Both the position numbers and the translations under genes were made by a program. A DNA stretch of 41,493 bases, taken from positions 1 through 41,493 of the forward strand of contig JBKQQQ010001039.1 of assembly GCA_052144275.1 (NCBI GenBank). The letters are read 5' to 3'. This document shows, piece by piece, positions 8,752 to 17,995 of the stretch. Below the pieces are notes generated by a model that was not told where the DNA came from, searched no databases, and saw only the letters and a list, made by a program, of their open reading frames with translations. Origin of the DNA: Streptosporangiaceae bacterium (GTDB taxonomy: Bacteria > Actinomycetota > Actinomycetes > Streptosporangiales > Streptosporangiaceae). The first letter of the stretch is position 1. Every line of letters begins with the position of its first letter.

Positions 8752-9418
8752 CCGGGACACGCCCCCCTTGGTCCCGGCTGCCACGTACGGCATTGCCGCG
8801 TGTGAGGCTGGGCTCCGGGGCTGTGCGCTTGGCGACGCCGTCCAGCGCGGGCCATGCGCAGTCCTGCCGGAGCGGGCCGCTGGCCGGTGGATGAGCACCG
8901 CCCGCGGCGCGGCTGAGGGCACCGCTCGCTGATCAGGGCGACGGCGGTCTCGCCCGGCGGCGCCGGCCGCTCGTCCCGCTAACGCCCGGGACGGCCCGCC
9001 GGTCATGGGCGGGGTGCCCGCTCAGCCTGCGGCCGGCGATGGGTTTCTTTCATGAATGCCCATGCGAGGATGCCGGAGGCGGCGGTGAGGACGGTAGCCA
9101 CGCCGATCGCGGTGTCGAGGCTGGCGAGGGTGGCGGTGATTCCGCCGATCAGGGCGCCGATGGCGTACCCGGAATCGCGCCAGAACCGGTAGATGCCAAG
9201 CGCGGTCGCCCGCCAGGCGGGGTGGGTCGCGTCGCTGACCGCGGCGAGCAGGGTGGGGTAGACCAGCGCGGTGCCGGTACCGAGCAGGAAGGCCCCGGTC
9301 AGCCCGGCGGCCAGGGCGTGTGAGATGCCGATGGTGATCACGGCCAGCCCGGCGGCCTGGATCAGCATCCCTGCGACGATGGGGGGCTTGCGGCCGATCC
9401 GGTCGGCGAGGTGGCCGG
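8495..9418. repeat. direct repeat copy A (~0.92 kb), matching 40510-41422
   Basis: Base-by-base comparison shows collinear similarity, about 90% in the first third and higher in the MFS part. The boundaries are sharp on both sides. Confidence 0.9.
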
Positions 9419-10304
9419 TGGCGATCATCCCGGCGGCCCACATGAACGGGTAGAAGGCCTTGACGTAGCCGACGCCGGTGACCGAGACGCCGTGCTCGAC
9501 GAGCAGGACCGGCAGGATGACCCAGACCAGGCCGTCGTTGAGGTTGCTGACCAGCCCGGCCTGGCTGACTGCCGCCAGGGTGCGGTCTTTCCAGGAGACC
9601 AGCACGGCGATCTCGCGCACTGACGGGTGCGGCCCGGCCGGGCGGGGGTGCTGGCGGGCCTCGGCGCGGGCCCAGGCGGAGGTGTCGCGGACCGCGAACG
9701 CGGACAGGGCCAGGCCAGCGGCGGCATACCCGGCGCCGAGGAGTTCCGGTGCCGGGCGTAGCCCGTAGCCGGCGGCCAGGTAGCCGGTGGCCAGCGCGGT
9801 GACGGCGACGCCGAGGTAGCCGGCGGTCTCGTTGATGCCCAGGGCGAAACCGCGGCGGCCGGGGCCGATCAGGTCGATCTTCATGTTGACCGTCATCGAC
9901 CAGGTCAGGCCCTGGTTGACGCCGAGCAGGACGTTGGCGGCGATCACCCAGCCCCAGCCGGGGCCGTAGGCGAGCATGAACGGCACGGGCAGGCCGATGA
10001 CCCAGCCGGCCACCAGGACGGCCTTGCGGGTGTAGCGGCCCACGATCGCGCCGCCGACGGCGTTGGTGATCGCCTTGGTGAACCCGAAGACCACGACGAA
10101 CGCGGCGATGGTGATCTCGCCGAGGTGGAACTGCTCGGACCCGACCAGCGGGGTGACGGTGCGTTCCAGGCCGACCATGCCGCCGACGAAGAAGTTCACC
10201 ACCGCGAGCAGGGTGAACTGGGCGAGGTTGGCCCGTAGCCCCAGCCGGATGTCCTCACCGGGGCTGATGCCGGCGGGCGTGCTGGTAGGTCCTGGCCGGG
10301 TCAC
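9003..10304 (-). CDS. MFS transporter
   Basis: The protein has twelve hydrophobic segments and MFS-like loops (GRYTRK, ADRIGRKP). The start is set at GTG 10304, forming a GTGA overlap with the stop of the upstream MBL-rhodanese gene. The Arg-rich extension to 10436 is rejected. Confidence 0.85.
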   Translation of the reverse strand: MTRPGPTSTPAGISPGEDIRLGLRANLAQFTLLAVVNFFVGGMVGLERTVTPLVGSEQFHLGEITIAAFVVVFGFTKAITNAVGGAIVGRYTRKAVLVAGWVIGLPVPFMLAYGPGWGWVIAANVLLGVNQGLTWSMTVNMKIDLIGPGRRGFALGINETAGYLGVAVTALATGYLAAGYGLRPAPELLGAGYAAAGLALSAFAVRDTSAWARAEARQHPRPAGPHPSVREIAVLVSWKDRTLAAVSQAGLVSNLNDGLVWVILPVLLVEHGVSVTGVGYVKAFYPFMWAAGMIATGHLADRIGRKPPIVAGMLIQAAGLAVITIGISHALAAGLTGAFLLGTGTALVYPTLLAAVSDATHPAWRATALGIYRFWRDSGYAIGALIGGITATLASLDTAIGVATVLTAASGILAWAFMKETHRRPQAERAPRP

Positions 10305-11665
10305 GGCCCCTCCTGCAGTGCCCGGCCGGCGGCGGCCGCCCAGTCGCCGGGACCGCCGGCCAGCACGGCCAGGCCGTGGTGCCCGGCGCGTTGCAGCAGG
10401 CTGGCGGCGGTCATGGCCCGCTCGCCGTGACCGCACATCACCACCGCGCCCTCGGGAGCGGCCTGGGCCAGGCCGGGCAGGTCGCCGAGTTCGATGTGGA
10501 CCGCGCCGGGAATGTGCCCGGCGCGGTACTCGCTGTCCTGCCGGACGTCCAGTACCGGGCGGCCGTCGAGGCGACCGGCGCTGACCAGCCCGGTTCCGGT
10601 TACTGGCCCGCCGTCGGCCTGCCAGGCGGCCATGCCGCCGTCCAGCTGCCCGGCCAGGTGCTCGTAGCCGATCTTGAGGGCCTGCCAGGCGACCTCGGCG
10701 GGATCCTGGCCCGGGGCGAGCACGAAGCTCAGGGGCATGTCGGCGGGGAGCAGCCAGCCCAGCCAGGTGGCGAACTGCTCGCGCAGCGCGATGGATACCG
10801 CGCCGGGGATGTGCCCGGCAGCGAAGTCCGCCACCGGCCGGACGTCGACCAGCCAGCCGCCTCCCGCGAGCACGGAACGGACGGCCGCGGGGGAGAGCAG
10901 GGCCAGGCCGGGGGTACCGGTGATGAGGCCGGGGCCCTTGCGGTTGGTCTCGGCGAGGCGGCCGAAGTACGCGGGGTAGGAGCCCAGGCCGGCCAGCAGC
11001 AGCCGGGCGAAGGCGTCCTCGTCCGGGGCGGCCAGCAGCGCGTTGCCAGCCTTTTCGGCGCCGATCGTGGTGGTGCGCGCGGCGCCGGGCGGAGCGGAGC
11101 AGAACGACCCGGCCCCGTGCGTCGGCCAGACGGCGGTCGGGCCGGGCAGCGCGGCCAGCGTGCGCAGCGACCGGTACTGGGCGCGGGCCAGTTCTTCGGC
11201 CCGGCCGGCGCCGAGCAGGTCGGTGCGGGCCGCCGAGCCGACGATCAGCGACCCGCCGGTGAACACCCCCAGTTCCCGGGACCCGTCGAGCAGCAGGTAG
11301 GACAGGTGCTCGTCGGTGTGCCCGGGGGTGGCCAGGGCACGCAGCCTCAGCCCGCCCAGGTCCACCTCGTCCCCGTCGGCCAGCGGCGTGTGCGGGAACT
11401 CCCGCCGTCCCGCGGCCGAAGCCAGCACGACAGCGCCCTCGCCGGCGGCCAGCTGCACGCTCCCGGTGAGGAAGTCAGCGTGCAGGTGCGTATCAGCGGC
11501 GAACGCCACCGAAAGGCCCCGCCTGGCCGCGGCCTGGCGCAGGGCGCGCAGGTCACGGGAGGCGTCGACGGCCAGCGCCCGCCCGCCGCCGAGGTCGGCC
11601 AGGTACGCGGAGTTCCCCAGGCCCTCGTCGACCAGGGGGATCAGATGGTCACGAGCGAAGCTCAC
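10301..11665 (-). CDS. MBL-fold hydrolase fused to two rhodanese domains (persulfide dioxygenase-sulfurtransferase, CstB-like)
   Basis: THLHADF and ATPGHTDEH are metallo-beta-lactamase motifs. Two rhodanese-like modules follow (DVRPVADFAAGHIPGA; DVRQDSEYRAGHIPGA with CGHGERA). The GTG start is preceded by GGAGGA. Confidence 0.85.
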   Translation of the reverse strand: MSFARDHLIPLVDEGLGNSAYLADLGGGRALAVDASRDLRALRQAAARRGLSVAFAADTHLHADFLTGSVQLAAGEGAVVLASAAGRREFPHTPLADGDEVDLGGLRLRALATPGHTDEHLSYLLLDGSRELGVFTGGSLIVGSAARTDLLGAGRAEELARAQYRSLRTLAALPGPTAVWPTHGAGSFCSAPPGAARTTTIGAEKAGNALLAAPDEDAFARLLLAGLGSYPAYFGRLAETNRKGPGLITGTPGLALLSPAAVRSVLAGGGWLVDVRPVADFAAGHIPGAVSIALREQFATWLGWLLPADMPLSFVLAPGQDPAEVAWQALKIGYEHLAGQLDGGMAAWQADGGPVTGTGLVSAGRLDGRPVLDVRQDSEYRAGHIPGAVHIELGDLPGLAQAAPEGAVVMCGHGERAMTAASLLQRAGHHGLAVLAGGPGDWAAAAGRALQEGP

Positions 11666-11702
11666 GGGTCCTCCATGCGGCGAGTGGATCGGCTGTCCGT
11701 CT

Positions 11703-11737
11703 GATACAGTATTCCAAAGAACGTTATAACACTATCG
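11703..11737. promoter_or_regulatory. AT-rich divergent promoter/operator region between the MBL-rhodanese and ArsR-rhodanese genes
   Basis: GATACAGTATTCCAAAGAACGTTATAACACTATC is the only AT-rich patch in the 83-bp intergenic gap. It contains the palindrome GTTATAAC and imperfect GATA..GT..TAT arms. Confidence 0.3.
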
Positions 11738-11748
11738 CGGGATCGGGG

Positions 11749-12426
11749 ATGGCGGTGGATGAGCACGCGCGCAAGCTGGCCCTGTACGAGCAGTTCGCCC
11801 GGGTCGGCAAGGCGCTGGCCAACCCGGCCCGGCTGGAGCTGCTGGACCTGCTCGCCCAGGGCGAGCGCAGCGTTGAGGAGCTGGCCGGCGCCGCGGGCAT
11901 GAAGGTGTCCAACACCTCGGCCCAGGTGCGGACGCTGGCCGCCGCCGGGCTGGCGGCCAGCAGACGGGACGGGCTCAGGATCTACTACCGGCTCGCTGGC
12001 GACGAGGTCGCCGCGCTGGCCGGCCAGGTTCAGGACTTCGCCGCCGCCCGCCTCGCCGAGGCGGAACGAGCCGCCCGCGGCTACCTGGGGGACGTGGCCG
12101 CGCTGGAGCCCGTCGCGCAGGACGAGCTGCTGCGCCGGATGCGCGATGAGCAGGTCCTGGTGCTGGACGTGCGGCCGGAAGCCGAATACGCCGCAGGCCA
12201 CATTCCCGGCGCGGTCAGCGTGCCGCACGACCAGCTCGCCGCGCGGCTGGCCGAGCTTCCCGCCGGCGTCGGCATCGTCGCCTACTGCCGCGGCCGGTAC
12301 TGCGTGTTCGCCCCGTACGCGGTGCGGCTGCTGCGCTCACGGGGCTTTTCCGCGCGGCCGCTGGAGGGCGGGATGCCCGGCTGGCGGCTGGCCGGGCTCC
12401 CGGTCACCGCCGGAGCCAGCGCATGA
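11749..12426 (+). CDS. ArsR/SmtB-family regulator fused to a rhodanese domain
   Basis: The N-terminal ArsR wHTH reads FARVGKALANPARLELLDLLAQGERSVEELA. The C-terminal rhodanese reads LDVRPEAEYAAGHIPGAVSVP, with active-site loop CRGRYC. Confidence 0.85.
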   Translation: MAVDEHARKLALYEQFARVGKALANPARLELLDLLAQGERSVEELAGAAGMKVSNTSAQVRTLAAAGLAASRRDGLRIYYRLAGDEVAALAGQVQDFAAARLAEAERAARGYLGDVAALEPVAQDELLRRMRDEQVLVLDVRPEAEYAAGHIPGAVSVPHDQLAARLAELPAGVGIVAYCRGRYCVFAPYAVRLLRSRGFSARPLEGGMPGWRLAGLPVTAGASA

Positions 12427-12978
12427 CAGCCGCGGCCAGCAGCCGCCGGGCACCGGAAGACCGCAGCGCCTGGGACAGTGACCTCATGTCCCGCGAGCAG
12501 CAGCCAGCCGGCCAGGCCGCGGCCCGGCAGCCCCCCGGCGGGGCGCCCGCGTGACCCCGCCGCCGCGGATCCGGTGGTCGTCGACGGCGGCGACCGCGCC
12601 TGCGTGCGGCTGCTCCGGGAGCTGCGGGCACGCACCGCCGAAGTGCCTGGGGAATGGCCCGCCGCCGCCAGCTGCGCCGGCCGCCGTGGCGGGCGGCGCG
12701 GTTTCTCGCCCGCCGCCAGCTGCGCGCCCTCGGCGGAAGGCATGGCCGGGTGAGGCTGCACGGGGCGCTGTTCACCCCTGGGCGGTCCAGGGCAGCTGGC
12801 ATGCCGGCCTGTTCCCTTGAGGCGCTCTGGCGGCGGGTCTGTCCCGCCACCGGCGCGTTCCAGGTCCTTGCCGTCGAGAAGGCAGCGTGATGACAGCCGC
12901 CGGGCGCGCGGGGACTCCGCCGGGCCCGCGGCAGCACGGAAACCGCAGGTATGCGGACGAGAACGGAGGCTTGGCCTG

Positions 12979-14136
12979 ATGGAACACCGGTCCCTGTCCC
13001 CGCAGACACTGGCCGCGCAGGCGCTGGGCGAGACGGATCCGGTCACCGGCGCGCTGGCGCCGGTGATCACCCTAGCCACGAATTACGAGCAGCGGCCGGA
13101 CGGGTCTTACCCGCAGGGCCGGGTCTATACCCGGGCGGATAACCCGACGTCGGAGCAGGCCGAGCGGCTGCTCGCCGCGCTGGAGGGCAGCGACTGCGCG
13201 TGCGCGCTGTTCGGCTCGGGGATGGCGGCGGCGACCGCGGTGTTCCAGTCGCTGCTGCCCGGGGATCACGTGCTGGTCTCCCGTGTCCTGTACTGGGGGG
13301 TGCGGAAGTGGCTGGCCGAGTTCGCGCTCGCGTGGGGCCTGGACGTGGAGTTCACCGACACGACCGACCTGGACACGGTGGCCGCCGCGATCCGGCCCGG
13401 CCGCACCCGCCTGCTGTGGGTCGAGACGCCGGCCAACCCGATGTGGGAGATCACCGACCTGGCCGCAGTCTGCGAACTGGCGCACGCGGCTGGGGCGCGG
13501 GTGGCGGCGGACAACACCGTGGCCACGCCGGTCCACACCAGGCCGTTCGAGCACGGCGCCGACCTGGTGGTGCATTCGGCCAGCAAGTACCTCAACGGGC
13601 ACGGCGACGTGCTGGCCGGCGCCGTGCTGTCCGCCCGCCGTGACCCCTTCTGGGAGCGGATCCGGTCCTGGCGCCGCAACGCGGGCGCCATGCCGGGACC
13701 GTTCGAGGCGTGGCTGCTGCAGCGCGGCATGCGCACCCTGTTCCTGCGGGTGCACCGCGCCTCGCAGACCGCGCTGACGATCGCCACGCATTTCCGCCAG
13801 CACCCGGCTCTGTCCGCCGTTCTCTATCCTGGACTGCCCGATCATCCGGGGCATGCCATCGCGGCCCGGCAGATGGAAGGCGGGTTCGGCGGGATGCTGT
13901 CGATCCGGCTGGCCGGCGGGGCCGGGCACGCCCGGGCCGTGCTGGGTGAGGTCCGGGTGTTCAAGCGCGCGACCTCGCTGGGCGGGGTGGAGAGCCTGAT
14001 CGAGCACCGGCGCAGCGGTGAGGGACCGTCCTCCCCGGTGCCCGATGACCTGCTCCGCATCTCGGTGGGTATCGAGTCCCCCGCGGACCTGATCGCCGAC
14101 CTGGAAGCCGCGCTCGGGAAAGCCCGGTCCCGGTGA
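12979..14136 (+). CDS. Cys/Met-metabolism PLP-dependent enzyme (cystathionine gamma-synthase/lyase family)
   Basis: YTRADNPTSEQAERLLAALEG, LWVETPANP and SASKYLNGHGDVLAG (PLP-lysine motif) are present. The start is ATG 12979, after GGAGG. The ORF-track start at 12817 is rejected. Confidence 0.85.
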   Translation: MEHRSLSPQTLAAQALGETDPVTGALAPVITLATNYEQRPDGSYPQGRVYTRADNPTSEQAERLLAALEGSDCACALFGSGMAAATAVFQSLLPGDHVLVSRVLYWGVRKWLAEFALAWGLDVEFTDTTDLDTVAAAIRPGRTRLLWVETPANPMWEITDLAAVCELAHAAGARVAADNTVATPVHTRPFEHGADLVVHSASKYLNGHGDVLAGAVLSARRDPFWERIRSWRRNAGAMPGPFEAWLLQRGMRTLFLRVHRASQTALTIATHFRQHPALSAVLYPGLPDHPGHAIAARQMEGGFGGMLSIRLAGGAGHARAVLGEVRVFKRATSLGGVESLIEHRRSGEGPSSPVPDDLLRISVGIESPADLIADLEAALGKARSR

Positions 14137-14660
14137 GCGATCTCGCTGCGGCGGTAACGGCCGCTCTCGCGCGCAGCATCCTGCCCTCGGCCATCGCTCG
14201 CGGTGCCACCGCCATCCGCGTCGCGGCCGTCGATGACGACGGCGTGATCACGCTCGAAGCGGACGGCTCCCCCGGCGCGGTGCTGCCGATCCTCGGCCGG
14301 ATCGAGGCGCAGATCCGTGCCGCCGTGCCCGGTGTCACCGCGGTCCGGCTGGCTGCGGCTGACCCGGGATCGCCGCCGGCGGCCGGGGATCTCCGCGGCG
14401 CAGCACAGCGGATCCTGGACGCCGAGGTGAACCCGTCGATCGCGGCGCACGGGGGGCACGTCACCGCCGTCAGCGCCGGCGGCGGCTGGGTCCGCATCCG
14501 CCTGGAGGGCGGGTGCCAGGGCTGCAGCCTGGCGGAGGTGACCGTCCGGCAGGGCATCGAGCCGCTGCTGCGCGCCCGGCTGCCCGGCGTGACCGGCGTG
14601 GCCGACGTCACCGACCATGAGACGGGCACGGACCCGTTCTTCTCCCCGGAGAAACGATGA
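14133..14660 (+). CDS. NifU/Nfu-type Fe-S scaffold-like protein
   Basis: The C-terminal half, ILDAEVNPSIAAHGGHVTAV...LEGGCQGCSLAEVTVRQGIE, matches the NifU C-terminal CxxC domain. The N-terminal half looks like a degenerate second copy. The start forms a GTGA overlap with the upstream stop. Confidence 0.7.
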   Translation: MSDLAAAVTAALARSILPSAIARGATAIRVAAVDDDGVITLEADGSPGAVLPILGRIEAQIRAAVPGVTAVRLAAADPGSPPAAGDLRGAAQRILDAEVNPSIAAHGGHVTAVSAGGGWVRIRLEGGCQGCSLAEVTVRQGIEPLLRARLPGVTGVADVTDHETGTDPFFSPEKR

Positions 14661-15877
14661 CCACCGGACGCCGGGTGCTGCTGCTGGTGCCCGCCCGCAG
14701 CTACCGCGCGGCTGACTTCATGATCGCGGCCACCAGGATGGGCCTGGACCTGACTGTGGCCAGCGACGGCGCGCTCCCCGTCGGCGGCCATCCGGTCATC
14801 CCCGTCCACCCCGGCGACCCAGGCCGCGCCGCCGAGCGGATCGCCTCCCGCTGCGGGCCTGTGGACGCGGTCATCGCCGCGGACGCGCCGATGCTGCTGC
14901 TCGCCGCCTCGGTCGCCGCCCATTTGGGGCTGCCGCACAACCCGGTCGGCGCGGTCCTCGCCGCATCGGACAAGACGAGGCAGCGGCAGCTGTGGGCCGG
15001 CGCCGGCGTGGCCCAGCCCCGGTTCGAGATCGTCCCCGCGCACGCCAGCGACGATGCCGTCCGGCGGGCGGCCGCCGCGACGGGCTTCCCGTGCGTGGTC
15101 AAGGCGGTCTCGCTCAGCGCCAGCCAGGGCGTGCTGCGCGCCGACGACGCCGCCCAGGCGGTCCTAGCGGCCACCCGGATCCGCCGCGTCCTGTCCGCCG
15201 CACGCCAGCACGCGGACGAACCGCTGCTGGTCGAGGAATACCTGCCCGGACCCGAGCTGAGCATCGACGGGCTACTCTCCGATGACAACCTGACGCCGCT
15301 GGCAGTCTTCGACAAGCCTGCCACGCCGGACGGGCCCACGTTCGAGGAAACCCTGCTCGTCACCCCGTCCCGGCTGCCCCGGCACGTCATCGCCGGCGCC
15401 GTCCGCGCCGCCGGGCACGCCGCCCGCGCGCTCGGCCTGCGCACCGGCCCCGTGCACGCCGAACTGCGCGTCACCGGCACCGGGACCGCCATGCTGGAGC
15501 TGGCGGCACGGTCCATCGGCGGCCTGTGCTCCCGCGCGTTGCGGTTCCCCGGCGGCAAGAGCCTGGAAGAGCTGATCATCGCCAGCGCCCTCGGCGCCCC
15601 GGCCCCCGCCGCCAGCGAGGCACCGCGGCCCTGCGGGATATTCATGCTCCCGGTACCGCGCGCCGGGGTGCTCCGCGCGGTCGAGGGCCGCGCCGCCGCC
15701 GAAGCGGTACCCGGGATCACCGGCGTGACCATCACCATCCCGCCAGGCCGCCAGGTGCGCCCGCTCCCCGACGGCGATCAGTACCTCGGCTTCATCTTCG
15801 CCGAGGCCGGCACCCCCGGCGACGTCGAGAAAGCACTCACCAGCGCCAGCCAGCAGCTGCGCGCGGTCATCGACTGA
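14657..15877 (+). CDS. ATP-grasp domain enzyme (L-amino-acid-ligase-like)
   Basis: The 406-aa protein shows DKTRQRQLWAGAGV, FPCVVKAVSLSASQGV, LLVEEYLPGPELSIDG and GPVHAELR. The start forms an ATGA overlap with the NifU-like gene. Confidence 0.8.
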   Translation: MTTGRRVLLLVPARSYRAADFMIAATRMGLDLTVASDGALPVGGHPVIPVHPGDPGRAAERIASRCGPVDAVIAADAPMLLLAASVAAHLGLPHNPVGAVLAASDKTRQRQLWAGAGVAQPRFEIVPAHASDDAVRRAAAATGFPCVVKAVSLSASQGVLRADDAAQAVLAATRIRRVLSAARQHADEPLLVEEYLPGPELSIDGLLSDDNLTPLAVFDKPATPDGPTFEETLLVTPSRLPRHVIAGAVRAAGHAARALGLRTGPVHAELRVTGTGTAMLELAARSIGGLCSRALRFPGGKSLEELIIASALGAPAPAASEAPRPCGIFMLPVPRAGVLRAVEGRAAAEAVPGITGVTITIPPGRQVRPLPDGDQYLGFIFAEAGTPGDVEKALTSASQQLRAVID

Positions 15878-15881
15878 CGGG

Positions 15882-16604
15882 TCAGGTGATGTCCCGGCGC
15901 ACGGTGATGGCGATCCCGGCGAGTGCTATCGCGGCGGCCCAGGCGGCGAACACCAGGCTGCCTTGCCAGGGCGGCAGCAGGCGGACCCCGGTCTGCACGG
16001 CCTGGGTCAGGCCGTCGGCGGCCACCCCGGGCAGGTACCCGGTCCAGGACCGGAACGCCGCGATGTGCGACACCGCCGGCTCGGCGACATACAGGTACAG
16101 CAGCAGGCCGGCGATCGTGGCGATCTCGCTGCCCAGCAGCGCGCCGAGCCCGGCACCGGTCATGCCGAACAGCCCGGCCGACACCAGGACCGCGCCCAGT
16201 ACCGCCAGGTTGCCGTGCCCGGCCAGCGGGGCCGGGATTCCTTGGCCGGCCAGCCACGGCAGCGCCGTGGCCACCTCGGCCGCCACGCGGACCAGCGCTT
16301 AGCCGATCCCGGCGGCCAGGTAGGTGACGAGCTTGGCGGCGACTACCTGGGCCCGGCGCGAGGTGGCCAGGAAGGTCACTGCGGCGGTGCGGTGCCGGTA
16401 CTCTCCCGCCGTCCCGCCGGCGCCGAGGATCGCGGCGAGCGGCCCGGCCCCGCCGGCCCCGATCGCGAACAGCGCATGCTGCCCGGCCGCACTGGCCAGG
16501 GACGGCACCAGGCCGCCCGGCCGGCCCCTCAGCGCGATCCCCGCCGCTGCGTACCCCGGCGGTCCATGCCACGCAACATCCGTTACTGAGCCTGCCGCGC
16601 TCAC
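15882..16604 (-). pseudogene. ABC-2-type transporter permease, interrupted by an in-frame TAA and probably 5'-frameshifted
   Basis: Two ORFs lie in the same frame (16299-16604 and 15882-16286). They are separated only by TAA at 16299-16301 plus 4 codons. The EYRHRTAAVTFLATSRRAQVVAAK motif is typical of ABC-2 permeases. A possible N-terminal piece (LIRPQQW...) lies in another frame up to about 16690. No ATPase partner is present. Confidence 0.55.
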
Positions 16605-16679
16605 CGGCTAGAGCAGGTAACTGGGCAAGCCCCAGCTGGCGTCCGGGGAACGCGCCGGACAGCCACTGCTGGGGACGGA

Positions 16680-17327
16680 TCAGGTAGGTCTGACCGCGTG
16701 GATGCGCTCCACGGTGCCGGCCTTGAGCCGTTCGGACTCCACGATCTGGAACCCGGCCGCCTTGACCAGGGGGAGCTGGCGGCGGGTGAAGTGTTCCCCG
16801 GCCGCGCGGGCCGTGATGCGTTCCACGAGCCACTGGGCGGCGTAAACCGGCGGCCAGATGCTGCCGATGTGGTCGAGCAGCAGCAGGCGCCCGCCGGGGC
16901 CGAGCACTCGCCGCATCTCGCCGATCGCTGCGACAGGGCTGGGAATGGTGCACAGCGACAGCGCGCAGACCACGGTGTCGAACAAGGCGTCATCGAACGG
17001 CAGGTGCTCGGCGTCTGCTTCGCGCAGGCTCGCCTCACGGCCGAGGCCCGCGGCGCGCTGCCTGGCGATGGCCAGCATCGCGGGGCTGAGCTCGATGCCG
17101 GTGATGGTGGCATCGGCCGGGTAGTGGGGCAGGTTGCGGCCGGTGCCGATGGCAACTTCGAGAACCCGGCCGCGGGCGCGCTCACCGAGCCATTCCCGCC
17201 CCCCGGCGAACCAGATCTTCTCGAAGAAGGCGATCTGCCTGTCGTAGCCCGGCGCGGTCTTGTCCCAGACCCGCTTCTGCCGTGCCGTCGGAGTCTGGCA
17301 CGTTCTCGCCTTGGCGGTACTCGTCAT
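16680..17327 (-). CDS. class I SAM-dependent methyltransferase
   Basis: VLEVAIGTGRNL is motif I, followed by the LLLLDH region. The 215-aa ORF runs from ATG 17327, after GGGAGGA. Its start forms an ATGA overlap with the tetR stop. Confidence 0.85.
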   Translation of the reverse strand: MTSTAKARTCQTPTARQKRVWDKTAPGYDRQIAFFEKIWFAGGREWLGERARGRVLEVAIGTGRNLPHYPADATITGIELSPAMLAIARQRAAGLGREASLREADAEHLPFDDALFDTVVCALSLCTIPSPVAAIGEMRRVLGPGGRLLLLDHIGSIWPPVYAAQWLVERITARAAGEHFTRRQLPLVKAAGFQIVESERLKAGTVERIHAVRPT

Positions 17328-17959
17328 GATGCTGGTCCTCCCATGGTCGCGGGCGGGGGAAAGGAGCAATCCACGTCGGAGGCGGCCGCGGCGCCGATAA
17401 CGCCGATGACCGTCTGCCGGACACGGGCAGCGGCCTGGGCGGGGTCGGGCTGGCCCGCATCGAGCCAGGCGATGACCGCTTCGATGGCCACCACCGGCGC
17501 CAGCTGCGCCGCCCACCGCGCCAGCGCCTCATCCGGTACCAGGGCCGAGATCTGCAAGAATGCGGCGGCGGTGATGTCGGCGCGGAACTTCTCGATGCGC
17601 TCGGAGAATTCCGGCTCGCGCAGGGCGTGCTGGAACAGCAGCCGGAACCCGGCCGGGGACTCGGCCGCCGTTGCGAGAAGGCCGTCGATGCTGGCGTCTG
17701 TGAACCCGCCCACGGGCTCCTCCACGTGGGCATCGAGGCGGGCGCACATGCGGTCAAGGACCGCCTGGTACAGGTCGGTCTTTGAGTCGAAGTGCCGGTA
17801 CAGGATCACCCGGGTGATGCCGGCCTCGGCGGCGATGTCCTCCAGGCCGGTCGCCGCGAAACCGCTGCGGGCAAAAGCTTCGGTCGCGGCGGTGAGGATC
17901 TGCTCCCGCCGCTGCGCGCGGGGCAGGCGGCGCGCGGGCTCAGATCTGCCTGCGACCAC
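17324..17959 (-). CDS. TetR/AcrR-family transcriptional regulator
   Basis: REQILTAATEAFARSGFAATGLEDIAAEAGITRVILYRHFDSK is the TetR HTH. GTG 17959 is preceded by GGAGGGG. Confidence 0.85.
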   Translation of the reverse strand: MVAGRSEPARRLPRAQRREQILTAATEAFARSGFAATGLEDIAAEAGITRVILYRHFDSKTDLYQAVLDRMCARLDAHVEEPVGGFTDASIDGLLATAAESPAGFRLLFQHALREPEFSERIEKFRADITAAAFLQISALVPDEALARWAAQLAPVVAIEAVIAWLDAGQPDPAQAAARVRQTVIGVIGAAAASDVDCSFPPPATMGGPAS

Positions 17960-17985
17960 GATCGACCCCTCCAGGCTGCTTGTTA

Positions 17986-17995
17986 ACTTCGAAGT
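17986..17995. promoter_or_regulatory. perfect palindrome ACTTCGAAGT in the AT-rich tetR upstream region (candidate operator)
   Basis: The 10-bp palindrome lies 27 bp upstream of the tetR start, inside the unusually AT-rich stretch 17980-18030. Confidence 0.3.

Noticed and set aside
9003-10436. A 44-residue Arg-rich N-terminal extension of the MFS transporter.
   Set aside because: It overlaps the 3' end of the upstream MBL-rhodanese gene by 136 nt. A GTG forming a GTGA stop/start overlap at 10301-10304 gives a normal MFS N-terminus.
12820-12978. A SAM-type riboswitch (SAM-IV or SAM-I/IV) upstream of the Cys/Met PLP-enzyme gene.
   Set aside because: I compared by eye with the SAM-IV core as I remember it (GGUCAUGAG.GCCAGCG...GGCAACC...GGUGAUGACC). 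Only a GUGAUGAC fragment is present, with no matching P1/P3 partners. An Rfam cmscan would settle it.
15778-16953. A 391-aa minus-strand ORF, and the overlapping plus-strand ORFs 15526-16302, 15963-16589 and 16698-18008.
   Set aside because: They are Arg/Pro-rich shadow frames crossing several real genes (ATP-grasp end, ABC-2 remnant, methyltransferase, TetR). None has a family signature.
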